A DNA stretch of 22,172 nt from an uncultured bacterium (lineage in GTDB: Bacteria > SAR324 > NAC60-12), in the NCBI GenBank assembly GCA_964010765.1, contig CAXGMD010000059.1, positions 1-22,172 of the forward strand, written 5' to 3'. Position 1 is the stretch's first letter. Each line of letters begins with the position of its first letter. Shown here one piece after another: positions 8,710-16,105 of this stretch. Under the pieces are notes generated by a model. The model was not told where the DNA came from. It saw only the letters and a list, made by a program, of their open reading frames with translations, and searched no databases. The position numbers and the translations under genes are program-made.

Positions 8710-10020
8710 TTATTGCTCAATTCGTGGTTGACGCACTAACTCCTGAAAGCGGAAGAATCGCAAAAAAATGAAAGACATGATCACACCAATGACAACTAGC
8801 ACCAGAGCCAGGGCTGCTCCATAACCATATTGTAAATTGCCCCAATAATTGTCCAAGGCGTTATGGTAAGCCGCTAGAGCCCAGACTTCTGTTGTAGAGC
8901 CAGGCCCTCCATCTGTAGAGAGCAGAATTTGTTCAAAGGATGTCAATAAGGAAAGACACTGATAGACCGTCACAAAGAGGATCGGCCACTTTAACTGTGG
9001 CAAGATGATGAAGCGAATCTGTTGCCAGCGATTGGCTCCGTCAACCTCACTCGCATAAAGCAATGGCTTGGGAATCGCGGTGATGGCACTAGAGAACAGA
9101 ATCATCCCCATCGAAGCGCCAATGAATCCGTTGATCAGCACAACGAAGACCCATGCATTGAGAGTGGTATCCAACATCCAGTTGCGCTGTGCGACACCCA
9201 GAGGATTCAGGATGGCGTTCAAAAAACCTGTGTCCCAGGTCAACCACTTCCAGAGCACAACATAGAGCACAGAGGGTGAAATCCGTGGTAATAGCCAGAG
9301 AGCTCTAAAAATTCCTGCTTGCCCCTTTGGTAGATAGAAGGTGGCGATAGCCAGAAACAGCGCAAAGCCCACGTTGAATAGCAGCAAAGTGAAGGTGACG
9401 TAGATGATCGTATTGAAGAGGATTTGCTTGGTCTCTGGGAGGATTGTCATCTTATAGAAGTTATCTGTTGTCCATACCCATCCCGTGTAGGCGGCCTGGC
9501 TGAGCTTATTGATTTGATCCGGAGTCAGTTTGGTTTGCAGCTCGGTCAGTGCGGCTTTTAAATCTTTTTCTGTCTCAAATCGCTCATTGATCAGCGATTT
9601 TCGGAAGTGTGGTGAGGTTGATTTCAGTTCACGTGTACTACGTGGTCGGTTCTGTAGTTTTTTCAGGAAACGTTCGAATTCTCTACGGCTTGTGAAGTTT
9701 TGCCCAAGATGCTCTTCCTCAAGTTCTGCCAGCAAGGAAGGCTCTGAACCAGCCTCACGGGCAATCTGCAAGGTGGCTTTAGCAATTTGGTAGCTCTCAG
9801 AACCAATGCTATCAAGCGTTGCTTTTTCGAAACCTTGGTCAGAGAGGTCTCTCAGGAGTGAGGGGGTAATTTGATAGGCACCACCAGTAATGCCGGTGGC
9901 TGTACTCATGTTGGTGAAGGAGAAGATGCCTGTGAGTAACACTGGCGTCAAGAAAAAGACGGCGACCAATACCAGTGCAGGGGCAATAAAAACATAGCCA
10001 AGTTTTGCAGATAAACTCAT
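8710..10020 (-). CDS. Carbohydrate ABC transporter permease (MalF/UgpA-like) with a large soluble loop insertion, operon B
   Basis: EAA-like IPKPLLYASEVDGAN; WLLPRISPSV. A long charged hydrophilic segment follows TM1. Confidence 0.93.
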   Translation of the reverse strand: MSLSAKLGYVFIAPALVLVAVFFLTPVLLTGIFSFTNMSTATGITGGAYQITPSLLRDLSDQGFEKATLDSIGSESYQIAKATLQIAREAGSEPSLLAELEEEHLGQNFTSRREFERFLKKLQNRPRSTRELKSTSPHFRKSLINERFETEKDLKAALTELQTKLTPDQINKLSQAAYTGWVWTTDNFYKMTILPETKQILFNTIIYVTFTLLLFNVGFALFLAIATFYLPKGQAGIFRALWLLPRISPSVLYVVLWKWLTWDTGFLNAILNPLGVAQRNWMLDTTLNAWVFVVLINGFIGASMGMILFSSAITAIPKPLLYASEVDGANRWQQIRFIILPQLKWPILFVTVYQCLSLLTSFEQILLSTDGGPGSTTEVWALAAYHNALDNYWGNLQYGYGAALALVLVVIGVIMSFIFLRFFRFQELVRQPRIEQ

Positions 10021-10055
10021 TGGCCAATCAAGCGAATCAGAATTTGAAGGAAGGA

Positions 10056-10083
10056 CATCTCCCCAGAATGATCCGGGGAGATG
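10056..10083 (-). terminator. Intercistronic stem-loop after the operon B SBP gene
   Basis: Perfect 9-bp inverted repeat CATCTCCCC-N10-GGGGAGATG, in the same relative position as the operon A hairpin. Confidence 0.65.
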
Positions 10084-10095
10084 AAAGAGAGAGAA

Positions 10096-11463
10096 TTAAC
10101 GGATGATGATGTCTCCTCCGAGTTGTGCTTTCAGCTCAGACTCCACGTCAGCAATAGCTTGTGCAGGAGATTTCTGACCAGTCCAACTGGCTTCAAGTCC
10201 CTTCCACATTGCATCAAAATAAGGTGAGAAACCTGTGTGGTTGGGTTGAGCACTGGCATAGGGCAACAAGCGAACAGTTGCTTCACTAGCCCAGCGGTCA
10301 TTAGCATAAAGAGGCACGGACTCCTGTGACTTGGCAATCCCAAGGTGTGCAGATTTGATTGCATGGAGCGTATTGATTCGAGGCTCAGAGGCAATCGCAA
10401 TCAACTGTGCAGCGACTGCTGCGTCATCATCACTTCCTCGGTTTGTCACGAGATAAACCAAGGGGTGAGTAATGGTGTTTGCACTACCGTTGCTGTCCCC
10501 GGCTGGAATCAAGCTGAACATCACACTGCCAAAGAAGTCTTGAAGCCCCTCTTTGCCGGTATATCGCGCATAGTGCCAGGTGCCTCCATGCCACAAACCA
10601 GCTTTACCGGAAGCGACCTCGGAGTACCATTGATCCCAGGGGGTTCCGATATGGTTTTTACGGGTAACTCCCATTTCGACAGCTTTTGCAAAAAATTCAT
10701 AAACTTTTTGCATTGCGGCCTTATTGAAGACCAATTTTCCAGTGGAGCTATCCAGCATCTCTCCACCATAGGAGAGATAGAACTGCCAGTAGTCACCGCC
10801 TTTCGAAACACGGGGATACCAACCATATCCTGCTTCGACAAGACCTGCATCCTGCATTTTCTTGGCATCATTCAACACATCATCTAAGGTGTATTGACCA
10901 CTCTGCACTTTTTCTGGCATAGCACGAATATCCGCATCGCTGTAGCCAATGGCCTTGAGGTGCGGAATCCAAGCAAAGAACGGACGTGATTCTGCATCTT
11001 GAGGGACTCCATAAATAATTCCCTCAAACGATGAAATCTCAATTAGGTTCTCGAATAGATCGTTAAGAGGCCAGCTGTCAAAATCAACATAATCTTCGAT
11101 TGGCCGAATCAAACCAGACTGAGACCATGGCGCGATGTCTTCGTGCCCAGTTACTACGATGTGTGGGGCGTTATTGGCTTCAGCTGCCAATGTTACGGCC
11201 TGCTTAAATCCACCCCACCCATCAAAGTCGTACTTTGTTTCAACGGTGATGTTAAGGTCTTCACCACGAATAGCAGCCTCTCTTTCGAGGATGTCTGCTG
11301 CCATGGTAATAGCGTCAACACGATAAGCGTCAGCGACGTTCGATCCTCCTGCCCATACCTGTATGGTCAAGTCCTTGGCGATTGCTTGACCAAAGGGCAA
11401 AGTGGCTGCTGTTGCCAGCATCAGAAATCCAGTCAATGCGCCTTTCCAACTCACTTTTAACAT
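10096..11463 (-). CDS. ABC transporter substrate-binding protein (UgpB-like), operon B
   Basis: GGAGG RBS; signal peptide ending QAIA; YGVPQDAESRPF, ITHPLVYLV. Clearly paralogous to 4502-5851. Confidence 0.93.
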   Translation of the reverse strand: MLKVSWKGALTGFLMLATAATLPFGQAIAKDLTIQVWAGGSNVADAYRVDAITMAADILEREAAIRGEDLNITVETKYDFDGWGGFKQAVTLAAEANNAPHIVVTGHEDIAPWSQSGLIRPIEDYVDFDSWPLNDLFENLIEISSFEGIIYGVPQDAESRPFFAWIPHLKAIGYSDADIRAMPEKVQSGQYTLDDVLNDAKKMQDAGLVEAGYGWYPRVSKGGDYWQFYLSYGGEMLDSSTGKLVFNKAAMQKVYEFFAKAVEMGVTRKNHIGTPWDQWYSEVASGKAGLWHGGTWHYARYTGKEGLQDFFGSVMFSLIPAGDSNGSANTITHPLVYLVTNRGSDDDAAVAAQLIAIASEPRINTLHAIKSAHLGIAKSQESVPLYANDRWASEATVRLLPYASAQPNHTGFSPYFDAMWKGLEASWTGQKSPAQAIADVESELKAQLGGDIIIR

Positions 11464-11927
11464 AACAAACCTCCAAGCTGATTAAGGGATTCTGCCAACA
11501 TGGCAATGCCCCAACATAAACTGGCAAGATCACATGCCTTGTTTTCAAGATTCTTGATCATTCATTCATTTGAAGTAAATGAACTCAGGAAACTATTTTC
11601 CAAAGTAGAATTCTTGAATACTCAAACATAATCAAAAATTGTTTTGAGGATGTTAGCATGATGAAAACAATGCCATTGTAATCAAGGAAGGAGTGGAAAC
11701 TTCAAGCTCTCTTGGGAGTTTCAGTAACCACAGGCAAGATTCTTAATGCACTCAAACAAAAATGGAAAGTTTTTGGGTCACATTTATTTTTGATTGAATT
11801 TATTCTTTTGATGAAAAGAAATATTTCAAATTCAAGACAATCAAGTGATCAAAATTTAAATACAAAAAATATCATTTTATGAACATCAATTGAAAATCTT
11901 TTGGACTAACCAAATCAGATAGGCAAA
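11464..11927. promoter_or_regulatory. AT-rich divergent promoter region with palindromic candidate operators
   Basis: TCAAGA-T-TCTTGA at 11545-11557, with an 11/13 copy GCAAGATTCTTAA at 11734-11746. Also TGCCA-aca-TGGCA at 11493-11505 and ACAATG-c-CATTGT at 11667-11679. Confidence 0.55.
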
Positions 11928-13418
11928 ATGGATTTTAATCAAGAATGGATGACGCGCTTTGGGTGGCCTAATGCTGAAACGCTACATTTACCCCTAGCAA
12001 TTGCTCACCGTGGGGCGAGTGATTATCGCATGGAGAACACGTTGGCGGCGTTCCAACTGGCTGCGGAGTTGGGCGCTGAAATGTGGGAGCTGGATGTGCG
12101 ACTATCCAAAGATGGGGTGGTAGTAGTTTGTCATGATGAAAGCCTGGAGCGAGTAGCAGGCAATCCACTGCGAATCCCAGATGCGACTTGGGCAGAAATC
12201 AGTAAAGTCGAACTGCTGGGAAACCAGAGAGTACCTCGACTAGAGGAGGTGATTGAACTAGCACAACGAACCCACTCTGGACTGTACATTGAGCTGAAGG
12301 CAGCAGAAGCCGCAGAGCACACTTGGCGCATTCTGCTAGAACAGAACTTCCAATATGCTGTCATCGGATCCTTTCATGCCGACTGGATTGCTCAACTGCG
12401 TCAGGCCAAGTGTTCGTATCCGCTCTCTGTACTCATACCAGTTGGTGTGGATCCCTTCGAATACAGCACTGTTGCTTCGCCAGATATCATTCATCTTTGT
12501 TGGAAACGGGCCTCTTCCACTCCTCATGAGTTGGTGACGGAGGAGCTGGTGAGCCGCTGTCAGCAACAAGGCATGGCGTTGGTGACCTGGGATGAAGAAC
12601 GAGTGGAGGTCCTCCGAGGACTCGATGGTTTGCCCATCTTGGGGATTTGCTCAGACTGTCCCGAAATTCTCAAACCTTGGCCTCGTGGTTCACAGGGTAT
12701 CCCCAAGATGGTTTGCCATCGTGGAGCCAACTTTCTGGCACCTGAAAACACCCTGCCTGCTGCCAGTATCTGCATTTCACAAGGCTTTGATCTAGTCGAG
12801 ATCGATGTGCGGACCACGGCGGATGGTGAGATCGTCCTGATGCATGATGCCACTGTGGATCGAACAACAAATAGCAAGGGCCTAGTCCGAGAATTGGCGC
12901 TGGAGCAGGTCCGTCAGTTGGATGCAGGGTCATCTTATTCAGAGATTTATGCTGGAACGAGGGTCCCCACCCTTGATGAATTTCTAGCGCATTGTCGTGG
13001 TCGGTGTGGGGCCTACGTTGAGATCAAGGACGCTGATCCAGATCGGGTGCTGGAGCAGGTAGTTGCTCAAGCAATGCTGGATGATGTGTTTTTCTGGTGC
13101 CGCAAAACAGAAGTCCTTCAAAGAATTCGAAACCTTGAGCCAAAAGCCCAATTGATGGCCACCCGCTGGATGTATCCGAGCTTGGAAGCAGCAATTGCTG
13201 AATACCAGGCTGACATCGTCGAGTACGAATTGGGGCGAGATGACTTGACCGAGATTGCAAGATGCCAAGCCTTGGGAGTGAGAGCGATGGCTTTCAGCCT
13301 TACCCACGATTTGTCGAAACTTCAGCAGATTGAAGCCTTGAATGCGGATCTCGTCAACTTGGATCGACCCGATCTTTTCAAATTATTGAAGGTTTATCCG
13401 AACCGTCTGCAGAGGTAA
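11928..13418 (+). CDS. Glycerophosphodiester phosphodiesterase with two tandem GDPD (UgpQ/GlpQ-type) domains
   Basis: Domain 1: AHRGAS..ENT..ELDV..SKDG..CHD..IELK. Domain 2: CHRGAN..PENT..EIDV..TADG..MHD..VEIK. No signal peptide. Confidence 0.93.
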   Translation: MDFNQEWMTRFGWPNAETLHLPLAIAHRGASDYRMENTLAAFQLAAELGAEMWELDVRLSKDGVVVVCHDESLERVAGNPLRIPDATWAEISKVELLGNQRVPRLEEVIELAQRTHSGLYIELKAAEAAEHTWRILLEQNFQYAVIGSFHADWIAQLRQAKCSYPLSVLIPVGVDPFEYSTVASPDIIHLCWKRASSTPHELVTEELVSRCQQQGMALVTWDEERVEVLRGLDGLPILGICSDCPEILKPWPRGSQGIPKMVCHRGANFLAPENTLPAASICISQGFDLVEIDVRTTADGEIVLMHDATVDRTTNSKGLVRELALEQVRQLDAGSSYSEIYAGTRVPTLDEFLAHCRGRCGAYVEIKDADPDRVLEQVVAQAMLDDVFFWCRKTEVLQRIRNLEPKAQLMATRWMYPSLEAAIAEYQADIVEYELGRDDLTEIARCQALGVRAMAFSLTHDLSKLQQIEALNADLVNLDRPDLFKLLKVYPNRLQR

Positions 13419-13451
13419 AAAAAGTTTGATTCAAGGTGATGAAGGATTGAA

Positions 13452-13477
13452 CCTGCTGAAATGAAGAAATCAGCAGG
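13452..13477. terminator. Stem-loop between the convergent GDPD and pentapeptide genes
   Basis: 8-bp inverted repeat CCTGCTGA-N10-TCAGCAGG. No strong U-tract. Confidence 0.5.
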
Positions 13478-13479
13478 GC

Positions 13480-14055
13480 TTATTCGTCAGGAGATTCGAC
13501 TTTTTCGTCGAAGAAGGGATGGTAAGCGCACCCACTGTACTCAATATGTCCGTCCGGCATGGTCGTGTTGCAAAGACGGGCGCCTCCGAACAGCGTCTTG
13601 ATGGTTCTTGCATAGATCAGACTGGCCCCATCCAGATTGGCACGTTGCAGATTTACGTAGCTGAGGTTGGCCCCTTCCAGATGAGCTTTTTGTAGATTGG
13701 CCCCTTCTAGATTAGCTCCCTCCAGATCGGCCCCTTCTAGATTGGCCCCTTCTAGATTGGCTCCCGTCAGATCCGCCCCTTGGAGTGAAGTCCCCTGCAT
13801 GTTGGCATACGAAAGGTTGGCATATCCAAGATGAGCCTCTCGTAGATTTGCTTTCTGCAACATCGCCAACTCCAGCTTGGCATCGCTGAGCAAAGCTCGT
13901 TGTAGGTTGGCTTCCTTCAACACTGCGATGAACAAGTTGGCTCCCTCCAGGTCAGATCCCTCTAAGTTGGCCCCGACGAGTACCGCCTCCGACAAGTTCC
14001 CCTCTGGACAAGAGTTGGTTTCCTTCAGGCGTTGCAGGTCATCTTGATTGAACAT
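13480..14055 (-). CDS. Pentapeptide repeat protein
   Basis: Continuous A(D/N)Lxx repeats (ANLEGANLEGADLEG...) and C-terminal cap LCNTTMPDG. Confidence 0.93.
   Translation of the reverse strand: MFNQDDLQRLKETNSCPEGNLSEAVLVGANLEGSDLEGANLFIAVLKEANLQRALLSDAKLELAMLQKANLREAHLGYANLSYANMQGTSLQGADLTGANLEGANLEGADLEGANLEGANLQKAHLEGANLSYVNLQRANLDGASLIYARTIKTLFGGARLCNTTMPDGHIEYSGCAYHPFFDEKVESPDE
13694..13783. repeat. Six degenerate 15-bp tandem units encoding pentapeptide repeats
   Basis: AGATTGGCCCCTTCT is exact at 13694 and 13739, with variants at 13709, 13724, 13754 and 13769. Confidence 0.85.
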
Positions 14056-14131
14056 GGTTTCTCATGTTGAACAGGGTCCAAACATTCATTTATCCTGTTA
14101 GGATTCTACATGCATAATTCCAAATATCATA

Positions 14132-16036
14132 TTAAAAACCAATAACTTGTACGGGTGTATTTCGGTCGGTTGTTGAGTTATCGCCCAATTGTCCTGCTGC
14201 ATTTTTACCCCAACACCAAACTGTATTGTCAGATCGTATCGCACAAGCATGAGTAAATCCTGTGGCTACTTTACTCACACTGGTTAAGTTGGAGACTGCA
14301 ACTGGCGTGTTGCTGCTGCCTCCAGTGGTGCCATTACCTAGTTGACCATTACCATTTCCTCCCCAGCAAGTAACGGAATTATCATTCAATAGAGCACAGG
14401 CCACCAAATCACTGACATCAACATCTGTCGCAGTAGTGATTCCACTGACAGTCACAGGAGAACTTGAATCAGAATCTGCTCCATTACCTAGCTTACCACC
14501 ATCCCCTCTACCCCAGCATTTGATGGTACCGTCACTGATTAAGGCACAGACATGATTTGCACCCGCAGCAACCTTAGTGACGTTACTTAATCCAGACACG
14601 GTTGTTGGGGAATTTCGTTGGGTGGTTGTGCCATCACCAATCTGGCCATTTGTATTTTTACCCCAGCATTTGACAGTACCATCATTGATCAATGCACAAC
14701 TGAAGTAAGTGCCTCCTGTAAGTTGAGTCACATTGTCTACCCCTGCGTAAGCAACACGATTTGTTGCCCAACTGGTACCACCTTCGCCAAGTTGCCCATA
14801 GGAACCATAACCCCAACACGCAGGAGTCGTATTATCTAGCAAAGCACATCCATGTTTTGCTCCAACACCCAAACTATACGCTGCATATGTATTGGATCCA
14901 TCCAAGAGTTGTCCGGCTGTTGAACCCAATGAGCCAGATTCATTCCAACCCCAACAGTAGGCTGAATTATTGTCAAAAAGAGCACAGGATAAGTTCTGTG
15001 AGATAGCAAGAGATTGGACACTCTGGAGTCCATTGAGGACAGGAACACCAGTGGTATTATCGTTTGAAGTGCCATCAATCGTTATCGGGCCTGTGCAGGA
15101 AGCACCAGCAGAATCACAATTGTCATCACCCCAGCAATATAAAGTTTTGTTCACATCATTATCCACATAACAGGAATGGGTATCTCCCAACGCAATCTCA
15201 TTGACCTCCTCCACTAGTAAAGAATCTGTGGCAGTTGAAGTGAATGTTTTATCCGCCAAAGAGGCATAAGAAGCATCAACGCTACTTGTGACAGAAAAGG
15301 TGATAATTGAATTTTGGTTGTTATCAACCAAGGCATCTTGTACTGCAGTTAATGTAACTGTTTGGGCTGTGCTAAAATTTCCAGAAGAGAAGGTCATTGA
15401 GTTTGGAGTGACTGTAATTTCACCTATATCAGAAGACGTAATTGAGATTGTAACATCAGCTACTGGCTCTGAAGACAATGTAATGTCTAAAGTATCCGTT
15501 TTGGATTCCATCGGTGCAGTACTACCATTAGTTTCTGTAACAGTAATGCCCAAAGTATCATCATCAGTAGTTGTGACAGAGATGGTCTTATCAGCTAGTG
15601 CCTCATAACTTTCATCAGCACTCTGTGAATCATTGAAAGTCAGTGTAATTGTAGAAGTAATATTTCCATCGTCTAAATTGTCATTGATCCCTGTGACCGT
15701 CACCGTTTGAGCAGTGGTGTAATTATCTGAAGAAAAAGTCAGTGAACTTGGAGAGACAGTCACTTCTCCTGTATCACTTGAACTGATATCAACGATCACA
15801 TTACCGTCGGGTACTCGTGTTGCCAACACAACAGTAAAGGTGTCTGTTGATCCAGATTCGCTAACCGACGTGCTGCTACTGGTTTCTGTAATTGTCCAAG
15901 AACCAATTGGTTTTTTTGTAGTGACCTCATTATCACAGGACATTGGCGAAGCTCCCATTTCACATGGGCTAGGAGGACTACAAGCTGCTATGAATAGTAG
16001 TATAACCAAGATAAAAAGCTTTGATTTGCTCATCAT
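14132..16036 (-). CDS. Lipoprotein with two Ig-like (Calx-beta/cadherin-like) repeats and a 7-bladed RCC1/BLIP-II propeller
   Basis: Lipobox FIAAC; two repeats of the type DTFTVVL..SSDTGEVTVSPSSLTF..AQTVT; seven CWG motifs, several followed by GQLG-type motifs. Confidence 0.9.
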   Translation of the reverse strand: MMSKSKLFILVILLFIAACSPPSPCEMGASPMSCDNEVTTKKPIGSWTITETSSSTSVSESGSTDTFTVVLATRVPDGNVIVDISSSDTGEVTVSPSSLTFSSDNYTTAQTVTVTGINDNLDDGNITSTITLTFNDSQSADESYEALADKTISVTTTDDDTLGITVTETNGSTAPMESKTDTLDITLSSEPVADVTISITSSDIGEITVTPNSMTFSSGNFSTAQTVTLTAVQDALVDNNQNSIITFSVTSSVDASYASLADKTFTSTATDSLLVEEVNEIALGDTHSCYVDNDVNKTLYCWGDDNCDSAGASCTGPITIDGTSNDNTTGVPVLNGLQSVQSLAISQNLSCALFDNNSAYCWGWNESGSLGSTAGQLLDGSNTYAAYSLGVGAKHGCALLDNTTPACWGYGSYGQLGEGGTSWATNRVAYAGVDNVTQLTGGTYFSCALINDGTVKCWGKNTNGQIGDGTTTQRNSPTTVSGLSNVTKVAAGANHVCALISDGTIKCWGRGDGGKLGNGADSDSSSPVTVSGITTATDVDVSDLVACALLNDNSVTCWGGNGNGQLGNGTTGGSSNTPVAVSNLTSVSKVATGFTHACAIRSDNTVWCWGKNAAGQLGDNSTTDRNTPVQVIGF

Positions 16037-16105
16037 TAAGATATGTAAAAGAGTTGAAAATATTCGTTAATTTGTAACCAGTTTCAATCTCATTTTTTCT
16101 TGTTG

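Noticed and set aside
1379..11463. Assigning ugpBAEC or malEFGK gene symbols
   Set aside because: Family membership is clear, but orthology and substrate cannot be established from the sequence alone.
13694..13783. 15-bp tandem repeats as a CRISPR array or independent VNTR element
   Set aside because: No unique spacers or cas genes. Fully explained by pentapeptide coding.
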